Below are positions 13,117 to 25,059 of a DNA stretch of 64,000 nucleotides, in pieces. The notes under the pieces were generated by a model that did not search any database, had not been told where the DNA came from, and saw only the letters and a list, made by a program, of their open reading frames with translations. Where the stretch lies: positions 1,240,001 through 1,304,000 of the forward strand of contig JBHGNT010000007.1 of assembly GCA_043228905.1 (NCBI GenBank), read 5' to 3'. How positions within the stretch are numbered: the first letter of the stretch is position 1; the number at the start of each line of letters is the position of its first letter. Source of the stretch: Azolla caroliniana (taxonomy: Eukaryota; Plantae; Polypodiophyta). The translations under genes and the position numbers were made by a program.

Positions 13117-13365
13117 GAGGCATATATCCTCAACCCACACAAAACATCCAAAATAAGGGTGAACGTAATATGCAATTGAGGTATTGACCTCAGATTACGC
13201 ATACGACACAAATCACATATTATTTACATAGAAATCGAGGTATTGACCTCATACGCATACGTAACATATGTATGTGAACATAACACGCAATTGAGGTATT
13301 AACCTCGTACACATACAACACAAATCACATATCAAATATATGTCAAATGAGGTATTGACCTCATA
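13117..13365. repeat. Array of five short hairpin motifs GAGGT-ATTG-ACCTC spaced 56-61 bp in the G1 leader
   Basis: Motif starts at 13117 (degenerate), 13178, 13237, 13293 and 13349. Spacers alternate between two types. Confidence 0.85.
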
Positions 13366-13607
13366 CACATATGTATACGTTTTATACAACCAATTATAAT
13401 TTACCACTACAACATAATTAAATCAATGAAAAAAAATACATATTGACTATACATGATTAGATTGGGTGAAGAAAAAATAGAAAAAAAAATTTAAGGAAGA
13501 GTTACAGAAGTTTTATTGTTGATAGCTATCTGGATCAAGCTCGATCTCACATCAATTGATCACCATCCAACAAGAAGAAATAAAAACAATCAACAAAAGA
13601 AACCAAC

Positions 13608-14061
13608 TATTATAGCTTGATCCTAATGTAAGCATATGATAAGGAATTAATGGATAGATAGATAGAAAGGAAAGAGAGAAAGAAGGGTGTCAATCCACCT
13701 GACCACTCCTGAGCGAAGGGATCGAGATGGACTCGAGCCTCGATCGGCGTCCCATACCACTGTTGTGACATCGAGCCGTACCTAGTGCCAATGCACTCGC
13801 TACAAGAGTTGATCCACCACAAGGACAGAGTCTCGGCATAGTCAATAATGTGTCAAATGAGGGTAGGTAGGCCTCATATCTATAGCCAAACGAAGGGCCC
13901 CAAGCAAGTTCACAATTGGCCTTAATAGGTTGTCTCAATCCCAAGGATTAAAAGTAATTCTTCCCTTCTTTACACTCGTTTAACCCTCACACTTTATCCA
14001 CATGTATAGAATACTACGGTAAAATCTTACCATGGGATATTATATGGTCATGCCCATAACA
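13608..14061 (-). mobile_element. Diverged 5' LTR of gypsy G1
   Basis: Shares blocks with the G2 LTR (TCCACCyGACCACyCCyGAGC; CGTCCCATACCAC; ATGAGGGTAG.TA.GCCTCATAT.TATA). Ends ...CATAACA. PBS degraded. Confidence 0.65.
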
Positions 14062-14279
14062 TGCAACATATAAAGTATAATGTGTGAAGTGTACATCTCC
14101 ATATTTTCCCATGTCATGCTACATTTTCATTGCAAAAATGCCTCATTTACATGCATATGAAGCAAGTGTGTTGTATCCCATCTTCCAAACCATTTTTCCA
14201 TATATTGCATCCAACCAAAGCACAAAATTTTACAAGTTTATGTCTTTTGGATCTTTTTGCTTGCTTCCCATGTACTTCT

Positions 14280-15460
14280 AGGAAGTCGACATGAAGGAAG
14301 TTTTTGAACCTTACGGATGTATTTGACAACCCTTTTCATGGCCATGATCTCAATGGGAAGTCATACCATCTCAAGAAGTAGGAGGATTTAAGGCATTTGT
14401 TTCTTGACCTAGAAAAACTTTGTAACAAAATGCTTTTTCAAACTCTTTCCAAGTGAACTTAGGGATGCTACCTCCCCATACAGAAGCATGGGTGCCATCA
14501 AAGTGTCAAAAAGGTATTTCTTCCCAACACTTAATTTCTTAATGATTATTGTATGTGTTCTACAATTTGAAGGAAGTTCAAGGCCAAGGTATTTGAATCT
14601 TTCCACATTCAAGAGCCTCATTATTGTACATAATGCATGGATTTTTATTTTTGTTGGGGGAGGGGGGGCTCTTCACAAGCATAATTCTTCCAATGGCCTC
14701 ATAATTCTTTTTTTGACACTCAACTTACTATGGATGTATAATTCTTCTAATGCTCTGATGAATTTTTTTGCACATCTCCTAAAGTATTTCACAAAAGCAC
14801 CACATCATCCACATACATCAAAAGTATGATGACTGCATTCCCAATGCCAACGCTTTCTTTCTTTACGAAGTTGGCAACTATTTGTTCTAATTCATCAATG
14901 CATAGACCAAATAGACTTGGTGACCTTACTTAATACCAATAATGTTATTGAAAAAATCTAAAATTCCATCATCAATGCACACATAACATGTAACCTTCTC
15001 ATAAATTTGGGAAATTGCAAACATATATTCAATTGGCACCCAAGTTCTTCCATTCACTTCCAAAGATGCTCATGAGGTACCATATCAAAAGTTTTCTTGA
15101 AGTCTATGAAGCAACAATATAAACCCTTCTCAAGCAACTTTTTTCCATTAATAGTTGAAGGGTGACAAGATGATCGATGATGTTGTGGTGTTTTCGAAAA
15201 TCAGGTCCATTAGCTCTCTTATCATTATTTTCAACTCATGCACAGTCTAACATTTGATTCCATTATACATCCAAATAGTTGTGTCATTAATGAGCCAACC
15301 ATGATGGTTCAGATGTTGTTTACATTATTTACATATGAACCACCTTTATGTAAAGGTTTGACCCATTTTTTAGTCCAATCGTATGGCGTGCCATGTTGTA
15401 ATGCATGATTAAACATATCACTAATCCATGCATGTGTTTCTTTTCCCGTTGTTGCAAATT
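14280..15460 (-). mobile_element. Decayed LINE reverse-transcriptase fragment
   Basis: Minus strand reads GLYCCFIDFKKTFDMVPHEHLWK (RT motif), plus VERFKYLGLE and LFDTLMAPMLLYG. Many stops and frameshifts. Confidence 0.8.
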
Positions 15461-15519
15461 TATGCGTGTACACGTGCTACTTGAGTAGGACAACCAAGAA
15501 CTTGAACCAGAGAGGATGG

Positions 15520-15720
15520 ATGACTCAAAGGCTCGTCAAAGTCGAATGATCATAAGACTCAAAAGATCATTAAACTCAAAAGCTTTGATGAATCTAAGGT
15601 AGGTCAAAGTCGAAAGTAAGTTAGAGTCAAAAGATCAGCAAAGTCAAAAGTTTTGTAGAGTCGAAGATTCTTTCGAGTCAAAGGTTCCTCAAAGTTAAAG
15701 GTCACGAAGACCCGAACAAC
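15520..15720. repeat. Degenerate ~17-bp periodic repeat (core AGTCAAAAG / ACTCAAAAG)
   Basis: About 12 imperfect copies at regular spacing. Confidence 0.6.
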
Positions 15721-17970
15721 AAAATCATACGTAAGATTATGATTGAACCACATAATTAACCCAAAGTTCATGAAATTATGAATAAATTTTATAGTATTAA
15801 ATCTAAAATTGCTAGATTAAGAAAGAAAGAAATTAGGGATTGCAAGTTTTTGGAGGTTTCTTATTACAACAATGGTAAATTTCAAAAATTAAACATGAAC
15901 TAAGAACCCTAAATTTCATGAAGAAGAAAGAAATTAAACCTTACGACAACAAGTATGTTTCGGAGAAGATGAAGAGGAAGAGGAAGAAAAGAATTAGAGT
16001 GACGAAGCTTCAGGGGGAAATCCTCGAGTTTTGAGACAATACACAAGTTTCGATCCACAACATCAAACATGACAACTTGTACATTCAAAAATGTAGCTAT
16101 GAGATCATGTACAAATTTGTCCTAACGATAACTTGGTCACGATATGGTAAACACCCATTAGGGAGTCACAACATTTGGAACTATGATCCATAATGAGTGA
16201 GATCACCAAAGATTCTTGATATTAATGCAACAACATTAGCCATAATAGAGACAATTCTTATGAGCCATTTGATTTCCTTTCAAGAAACCATAAACAAGCA
16301 AGGTGAAGAGATTAGGGCACTCATGACAGAGGATACAAAACTACAAATTATTGTTATTGAAAATGAGAGTCTTAAGAAAACCGTTGCAAAACTTCAAGAG
16401 GAGATTAGAGAAAGTAAAGTAGTTTCATTAGAAACAAAAAAGTGTTTAAACAAGATTTCACTAAAAGAAGAATTGAATAAGGAAAAAATGGACACAATGC
16501 AGGATGTGAGTGAAATGGAAAATGTATGCACAACAAAGGTCTTAGGTGATGTTTATGGTGGGGATGTATTCTCTAACTCACTTGTTATGTATGTGATGAA
16601 TCCATAAAAGAAGCTCAAAAGTATAGATATCCAAGAATTGAAAGAACATTAATAGATATCAATGAATATTGACATCCGTGAGATTAAAGAGGAGACAGTG
16701 GAAACACCTGCATCCATTACAAAGATTATCAATGACTTCTTTAATGTGCATTATGGTATGTCAGATGTGAATTTCTATAGGGCACATACAGTTGGGAAAC
16801 ATGATGTTGCTTGTTGGGGAGAAAGGCCTATTGTATATAGAATGGCCGATGATACCATGTCAAGCATCATAATTGAAAATAGTTGGGTTTCCTCACAGGT
16901 ATGCTTTGTGAGTCAGGGTTACACTATCTAGCAACAAAATGTTTGTTGTAAAGCATGTGAAGAAAAATTGGAAAATAAATTTAAGGATATGCCCAAAAAT
17001 AGAAACATATGCAAATAATGACAATTCATAGTGAATTTTGTAAAGGAAGAAGGCATTAAAGAAGTTTTCATTAGGAATGTAGTCATCACGTTTTTGTTCT
17101 ATGAAGATGATGTGGTACTTTTTACAAATACTTTAGGAGATGCACAAAAGCATATGAGAGCATTGTAAGACTTTTGCATGCATACAAAGTTGAGTGTCAA
17201 TAGCTCTAAAACAAATATTATACTTGTGAAGAGCCAAAATAAGGATAAATCATGCATTATGTACAATAATGAGCCACTTGAAACAATGGAAAGCTTTCAA
17301 TACCTTGACCTTGAAGCTCTTACAAATTATAGATGGAATGAATGTGCTACTTGCCAACTACAAGCAAGAAAGAGGGCATATTATGAAGTTAAGAACACAT
17401 GCAATCATGAACAAATTAAATGTTGAATACTCAAGAAATACCTTTCTTGACACTAGTGCTTCTCTATGGGGTGGAAGTATGGGTGATAGCATCCCTAATT
17501 CCACTTGGGAAGAGATTGAAAATGTCCAAAAACATTTTCATGCAAAGTTTCTTCGCCTTAAGAAACAAACGCCACACCCGCTCCTATTTCTTGAAATAGG
17601 ATCGCTTCCATTTGACATCATGACCAAGCAAAGGCTTGTCAAATGATGCTTACGGTTCAAAAAAGTCCCTCACAAAGAGTCATGCGAGAAGGACTTAGCA
17701 ACAATATACTCCTCTAGTGTTAATAGGCGTGGAGAGTTGTCATAAGGGAAACTTGCAAGTACAATTTGGAGGGAAGGGAATGAACCTAGCAACTTCCAAA
17801 ACTCACATAGAAAGCAACATAAAGATCCAAAAGCCACATTAAAGCAAAATTTTTTGTTCTAGATGGATGCAAAATATGGAAACATGGTTTTGAAAATGGG
17901 ATGCAACACACTTGTTTCTATGATGCATTAATAGATTGCTCTATAAATGAGGCCTTTTTGCAACACCAAT

Positions 17971-18443
17971 TGTTAAGAGTCTATTACTAATTAATAGACC
18001 AAACTAAAGTAAAAGAAGGAAAATAGAATGGATAGAAGAACCCGTTCCACCCGACCACCCCCGAGCTATGATCTAGACATAGCCAACCTACCACCGACAT
18101 CCTATACCACCGGATATTAGGATGACTAATACCTTGGAAGAGATAAACAAGATCGTCGAGACAAAAGCCTAGCCCGCACCACCAGTGTCTAAGACAACAA
18201 CCTTTCGACGTAATATGATTATGAGGGTAGCTAAGCCTCATATTTATACCTTTTCCTAGGCCCCTTGAATCGATGTGCCTTTCTAAAAGGCTCTCCATTC
18301 ATTGGTTGTCCAAATCATGATAGTGCATGCACTTATCATTCCTTCTATCCAATCATTAGTCCCCTTTTTAACATTAGTGAACATACCCTTCACTAATGTA
18401 GATATTGGTGACCTACCCTCACCAACATTATGTGTACATAACA
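17971..18443 (-). repeat. 3' LTR of G2
   Basis: Direct repeat of 24586-25059; adjacent PPT. Confidence 0.95.
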
Positions 18444-18450
18444 TGCTCCC

Positions 18451-21400
18451 CTACTTCAAAAGATTGCACTCTTGCAATATAAAGTAAGGAAATTGTGCCT
18501 TAAGAGTATGCTCGCGTTCCCATGTGGCATCATCAATAGGTTTATCCATCCATTTGATCTTGAAGAGCTGAATCTCTTTAGAACATAAACGTTTAGTACG
18601 AGAATCAAGAATTCGTTTAGGAACATGAGGTTTGTAAGAAAAATCCTCTAATGTTACAAGATCTTGGATTGTGATGGTGTTATCACCAGAGCCTAAAAAT
18701 GGTTTTAGACGACTAACGTGAAAAACAGGATGAATACCAACGTTACGGGGTAAGGCAAGGTGATAAGCAAATGACCCAACCCGCTTAAGGATTTCAAATG
18801 GGCCACAATATCGTGGGGCTAACTTAGCGCACTTGCCCGTAGACAATGACGTAGAGTCAGTAGGGACACGCAAAAAACCTTTTTGACCAATAGTAAATGC
18901 ACGAGGACGTCTATCCTGATCAGCATAAAATCGAGCACGATCTTGAGCTGTCTTGACATTATCTTTGGCAATATGCAACATTTGGTTCATGTCTTGCAAA
19001 AAATTGTGTGTATTGTCTAATGTATCACGATGAATCGTGACATCAACTGGGGCACGTGGCTGAAAACCATACATCAACATAAAAGGACTATATCCAATGG
19101 GTGTATGTTTAAAGCTATTATAGGCAAATTCTAAGATAGGAAGGTATTGCTCCCACTTAGAAGGGGTTTTTGCTATATAAGCTTGAACCATGTCCTCAAT
19201 AATTTGATTAACTTGTTCAGTTTGTCCATCAGACTGAGGATGATATGCGGAACTCATGCTCAACGTAGTTTCTAGTTTCTTAAAGACTTGAGTCCAAAAG
19301 TCACTAGTAAACTTGGAATCTTGATCACTAACAATATCCATTGGCAATCCATAAAAACGAAATAACTCATCAACAAATTGATAAGACAATTGTTGAGCGG
19401 TTACCGTGGTTTTGGTAGGAATAAATCTAGCCAATTTTGTTAGTCTGTCAACGACAACCCAAATGGCATCATGACCCCTCTGTGTACGACGTAAACTAAC
19501 AATAAAATCCATTAAGATACTTTCCCATTTGTTGTTGGGAATATCTGAGGGAAGTAAAAGACCCGTAGCTTTAAGTCGTTCTGACTTATTAATCTGACAT
19601 TGTAAGCATTGAGTTACGTATTTTTGCACGTCAGAGTGCATCTTAGGCCAGAAAAAGTACTCGAGATGAGAACGAGTGTGCATTGTATTCCAGGATGACC
19701 AGCAAATCGTGCATCATGACATTCATGAAGAATTTTCTGTTTTACGTTTGGTAAATCTAGAACATAGACCTTTCCACTACAGTAGAGCAAACTGTTTGTA
19801 ATGTGAAAGGTCGCCTTCGAGGGTAGAGTGCTAGTATCGACATCTAAACTAGATTCGTTTTTCGTCCAGTATTTCAAAAATTTATTGTCATCAAGGTATT
19901 TCCCTCGAAGGTGATCTAAAAGATCAGATTTTATTTCCCTGAAGCTAAGCATGTTAACTTCTTTAATGCGACTAAGAGCATCCGCAACAGAGTTCATAGA
20001 ACCCTTGCGATACCGTATGGAAAAATCAAAATCTTGCATAAGGTCAGCCCAACGGCCTTTACGACCAACAAGATCTGGCTGGTCACAAAAATACTTCAAT
20101 GATTGATGGTCTGTTGTAACCACAAATTTATTTCCATAGAGATAATGCCTCCATGTTTTAAGTGCATGTATTACCACAAACAACTCTTTCTCTTGAACCG
20201 AATACCAAGATTGAGGAACATCAAGCTTCTTACTTTCAAAAGCAATAGGGTGACCGCCTTGATAAAGAATGGCACCAATAGCATAATCACTAGCATTGGT
20301 TTCGATTGAGAAAGGCTTAGAAGGCTCCGGTAATAGAAGAGTGGGAACCTGACACACATGCTTTTTGAGTGTCTCAAATGATTTGTCAAGTTGTTCATTC
20401 CATGCAATCGGTTTGACAATCTTACATGGATGACCTTTTAAAAGGTCAGTTAATGGAGTAGTCAATTTGGAATAGTTACGAATTGATTTTCGTAAAAATC
20501 CAACAAACCCTAAGAATGATCGCGGTTCACAAATATTATGAGGAATGGGCCAAATTTTAACCTTTTCAATACGAGAAGGTTCAATTTCAACACCATTTTC
20601 CATAATTAAATGACCTAGGTACACAATAGATTTTTGGAAAAAATCACATTTTGAATGTTTTGCATAGAAAGAGTTATAGTCACGCAACTTTTGCAAAACA
20701 AATCAAACATGTTGAACAGGATCTTGTAAGGTACGGCTATATATCAAAATATCATCCAAGAAGACGACAACAAAATCACCAAGTTGATCTCGAAAAATGT
20801 CATTCATCGCTTGTTGGAATGTGGCTAGAGCATTGGTCAACCCGAAAGGCATGACTAAAAACTCATCATGGCCATAGCGCATACGAAAAGCGGTTTTAGG
20901 AATATCATCCTCAGCAATGCGAATCTGATGATAACCTATTCGTAAGTCAATTTTCATAAAATATTGGGCCCCATGCAAACGATCAATCAAATCATCGGCA
21001 CGAGCTAACGGATATGCATTTTTAATTGTCATTTTATTCAAACGGTGATAATTGATACACATTCGCCATGAACCTTCCTTCTTCTTAACTAATAGAACTG
21101 GTGCACCCCAAGGTAATTTACTATACCTAATGTGGCCCATACTCAAGTATTCCTTAAGTTGTTTAGCGATCTCATCCTCTTCTAATCGACTAAGTCGGTA
21201 AGGTGGAATGCTGACAGGAGCAGCACCAGGAATGAGTTCAATTTGATGGTCCACATTACGTTTTGGTGGTAAAGTAAGTGGCAATTCGTTAGGAAACGCG
21301 TCTTGAAAATTGTCTAAAATAGAGTCGAGTAATCGTTGTTCATAATGTGGTAATTGTGTGGCGTCAATATTAAAATAATAAAATTGAAGCGCAGGATCAA

Positions 21401-22820
21401 TTACACACAAATAAATTAATGAACTTGAATACTCGCTTAAAGATTTAGAAGACACAAGTGAACGAGAAGGAAGTTTGGAATATTGAATAAAATGTTTACA
21501 ATTATTAAGTTCAAATGTGATTGAGTGATTAACCCAATCAATGGACAAAGAAGGGTTTTTATTAAAAAACCAAGGGTATCCTAAAATGACATCTGCAGAT
21601 TGTAGTTTCATAACATGAAAGTCAAGCTTCTCCAAATAGGTATCTATTTGAATTGGCAGTTGACAAACAATGCCACTGATGTATTGAACACTTCCATTTG
21701 CCATGTGAACTTGATAGATATGATCACTTGCGTTTATGTGGAGTTCCATTTGCTGCACAAAGTGATCATTAAGAAAATTGTGAGAACTACCGGAATCAAA
21801 CAAGAAATGTGCTTGTATTCCATTGATATACCCGACTGCTCGGAGTAAATCATTAGGTCCAAGTAAATGTGAAGGAAAAGTGCATTCACATGAACTTAAG
21901 TGGTTGGTATGAACTTCAACAACATCAAAAGACTCACATGTGTGACTCATAGATTTGTCTTGAAGAGGGGTGTTCATTGACTTCCTCTCAAGACGATGAC
22001 AGGTATCCTTTGTGTGGCCCCGTTTCTTGCAATATGCACAGAAGAGGTTCGGTTTCTTGGAGTCGTAGTCAAGAGTGTCATTGAATTGCTTACGTTTCCC
22101 AATGAACTTGACATTCGGAGTTTTGGCGAACTCAAATTTATTGTGGTCTTTCTTGGAAGTCCTATGGTATCAAAGTACAATGTTGATTGCTTCCTCAAAA
22201 GTTGTGGGGTCCTTGTCATGGACAATCCAATGGTAATCCCCATTAGGAATACCATTCAAAAATCAAGCAACAAACCATTTCTCACCCGTAAGTCCCGATT
22301 TTTGGATCTGGGTCTGAGCATGATGCACATAATCCTCGAGAGAGGCAAATGGCTTACTCGACAACGTGAGCAAGTGTTGCACTTGTTCAGTTTGAGAAGG
22401 TGGCTACAAAAACTATTTCTTAAAAACATCAATGAAACCTTCCCAAGTTATGGGTAAGTTCTTTGCAGTCCTTAGGCCGCGCCACCAAGCAGCAGCTCGA
22501 CCACCTAACTCACGACCAACGTAACCAATTTTTACAGCATCGGGTTGGGGTGGAGCTCAAAGTGAGACTCCCAACGACCAAGCCAACTGCTAATGGCCTC
22601 CTCGGTTCTTTCTTTCTTATCTCCCTTGAATGGACTCAATAGTCAATTCTTGGAATTTCTTTTCCAATGCCATATTGGCCTACCTCATTTCGACCAATTG
22701 ATTCAAGGTAGTAGTGAGCAATTGCTCAATAGTGATCTCAGCTTGTGTGCGAGATGTGGATTGGAGTTGAGAGGTCTCAGTTGGAGAGATTGCTCCAACA
22801 ACGTTCAAAACTTGTTCCAT
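18451..22820 (-). pseudogene. G2 gag-pol polyprotein, disrupted
   Basis: Gag (GRAAAWWRGL) with knuckle [14 protein letters not shown]; [12 protein letters not shown]; [11 protein letters not shown]; RNase H IETNASDYAIGAIL; integrase WESILMDFIVSL...GPFEIL; chromodomain PKRILDSR...KIKWMDKPIDDATWE. Several stops and frameshifts. Confidence 0.93.
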
Positions 22821-23769
22821 GATGCAAGTTGTGGTTATGCAATATAAATAAGGAGGTTCAGAAAATACACAAGCAAAATGAATGCTTGAAATTTTGATTG
22901 TAAGAACTCACATCTTTACCCCTCTAGACATATGAGATGTGATTCGAGATCCGATAACTATGGTAACACTATGGTGTTTTAAAAACCATGGGGGAAAACA
23001 TAGCTAAGATGTTTTTCTTGAATCTCTATCTTGAATAATCATGGCGGCTCCCCGAGGCTCAACCATGGTTCTAACATCAACGTCGTTTCCTAGTTAGCCT
23101 TATATTAGAATGCCAACCCAACATGTATTGATATGGTCGAGAAAGTGTATTACGTGAAAAAACAAGTGCACTCGCAAGTAATATTTTAGTCTTGCGAGTA
23201 ACAAGCAAATGTTATGACAAAAACGATAAAATAAGGCACTACCCATAAGAATCAAGCAGTGACGAAAACAAGGGTCAAAAAACCCATGTGTTACCTACTA
23301 TAAAAAATGTCACAAATAAATGGATGGTGCGAGGTATGCACATATACATCCCAATATGGTGGTTGTAATTTGCACAATTGTGACATAAGCCACAAATTGA
23401 TACAAGTGGCGGTGGTGTTGTGCGCAAAGATGTACAGAACTCAAATCTATGAGTAAAACATCAATAGGGGAACTCATGTGGTTTTACTCGAGTTCTAAGG
23501 CTCAATAATATGAGTTAAACCTAGATGAGCTGTTGGAAAAAATCGATCAAAAAACGGCATGATGCCCACTCAATATTAAAAAATAGTCTACATGAATCGT
23601 TACACCATTAAACGTACGTAAATAGGGTAGATGAACTTAAAATAAGGGCAAGAAAGAGAGTTAATTGTGGGTGGGAAATGACAATTACTAGAGAATCATA
23701 CAAAAGTGAAATGAAAATTTGTGTAATTAGAAATTAATTAGAATAATAATCAATTAGGTGTATGAATCA

Positions 23770-24340
23770 TTAAGCATGCCTTAAGGTATGTAAGGTAGTC
23801 GACATGCACCTCCTCAAGACCACCACATCTCCCTAGAATCCGCCAATTGATGGCTCAATTAAGCATGCCTTAAGGTATGAAACCCTAAGGTAGTCGACAT
23901 GCACCTCCTCAAGACCACCACATCTCCCTAGAATCCACCAATTGATGGCTCAATAAAGACTAAAGTGGGATTATTAGGTAAGCGACATATACCTCGTTAA
24001 GGCCACAACCTCCCATAGAATCGGCCAAGTGATGGCTCAATAGAGAGTAGAGTGGCATAGGTAGGCGACATACACCTCGTCAAGACCACAATATCCCATA
24101 GAATCAGCCAAGTGAGGGCTCAATAAAGGGAAGAGTGACATACTCAACATCATATGCAAAAGGGCCATGAGGTGAGCGTGTGCGATTAGGGCAAACATGC
24201 TCGACCCAATCCACAACAATAATTAATATCGTAAGAGAAGGCTCAAGAGAGGGGAGAGTGGGAGATACATCACAATATGCAAAAGGGCCATGAGTTGAGC
24301 GTGTGCGATTAGTGCAAACACACTCGACCCAATGCATAAG
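23770..24340. repeat. Tandem repeat array in the G2 5' leader
   Basis: Four ~85-100 bp units (GTCGACATGCACCTCCTCAAGACCAC...TAGAATC.GCCAA.TGATGGCTCAAT). Two further units carry GCAAAAGGGCCATGAG.TGAGCGTGTGCGATTAG.GCAAACA..CTCGACCCAAT. Confidence 0.85.
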
Positions 24341-24585
24341 TAGATTAACATCGTATGATGGTAGAAAGAAAAAAGAAAAGAAACGAAAACGTAATACCAC
24401 TTCCATATGACCAAGAAGAAAGCATCATAGAAAAGAAAAGAGAGATCGAGAAAGAAGAATATCGGGTTAAGAATGTTGTTTTGATCCTGTGACGAGCACG
24501 ACGAGCCTTGTTAGATCCCCATCGCTCACACGCAAAAAACATCAAAACAACAAAAAAAAATTGTTAGTAAATGCTCTGATACCAC

Positions 24586-25059
24586 TGTTAAGAGTCTATT
24601 ACTAATCAATAGACCAAACTAAAGTAAAAGAAGGAAAATAGAATGGATAGAAGAACTCGTTCCACCCGACCACCCCCCCAGCTATGATCTAGACATAGCC
24701 AACCTACCACCAACGTCCCATACCACCGGATATTAGGATGACTAATACCTTGGAAGAGATAAACAAGATCGTCGAGACAAAAGCCTAACCCGCACCACCG
24801 GTGTCCAAGACAACAGCCTTCCGACGTAATGTGATTATGAGGGTAGCTAAGCCTCATATTTATACCTTTTCCTAGGCCCCTTGAATAGATGTGCCTTTCT
24901 AAAAGGCTCTCCATTCATTGGTTGTCCAAATCATGATAGTGCATGCACTTATCATTCCTTCTATCCAATCATTAGTCCCCTTTTTAACATTAGTGAACAT
25001 ACCCTTCACTAATGTAAATATTGGTGCCCTACCCTCACCAACGTTATGTGTACATAACA
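24586..25059 (-). repeat. 5' LTR of G2
   Basis: Direct repeat of 17971-18443; adjacent PBS. Confidence 0.95.

Larger units (their letters stand above)
8600..14061 (-). mobile_element. Truncated, decayed Ty3/gypsy element (element G1), interrupted by a Copia fragment
   Basis: RT fragments ([30 protein letters not shown]) at 8612-9170. Aspartic protease [10 protein letters not shown] at 9167-9841. Gag zinc-knuckle relic ~9950-10020 and gag N-terminus ~11844-12038. The LTR-like block 13608-14061 is related to the G2 LTRs. RNase H, integrase and 3' LTR are missing. Confidence 0.85.
17971..25059 (-). mobile_element. Full-length (decayed) Ty3/gypsy chromovirus, element G2, 7089 bp
   Basis: Two LTRs (17971-18443, 24586-25059; TG...CA; roughly 96% identical by eye) and a 5-bp TSD CCAAT on both sides. 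tRNA-Met PBS at 24573-24584 and PPT GAAGTAGGGGAGCA beside the 3' LTR. Domain order gag-PR-RT-RH-INT-chromodomain. Confidence 0.97.

Noticed and set aside
13117-13365. CRISPR-like appearance (palindromic repeat plus spacers)
   Set aside because: Eukaryotic retrotransposon context, the repeat is only 14 bp, the spacers are related to each other and there are no cas genes.
17987-18298. Duplicated ~103-aa ORFs (also 24606-24914)
   Set aside because: They lie inside the two LTRs of G2; the duplication reflects LTR identity, not a gene.
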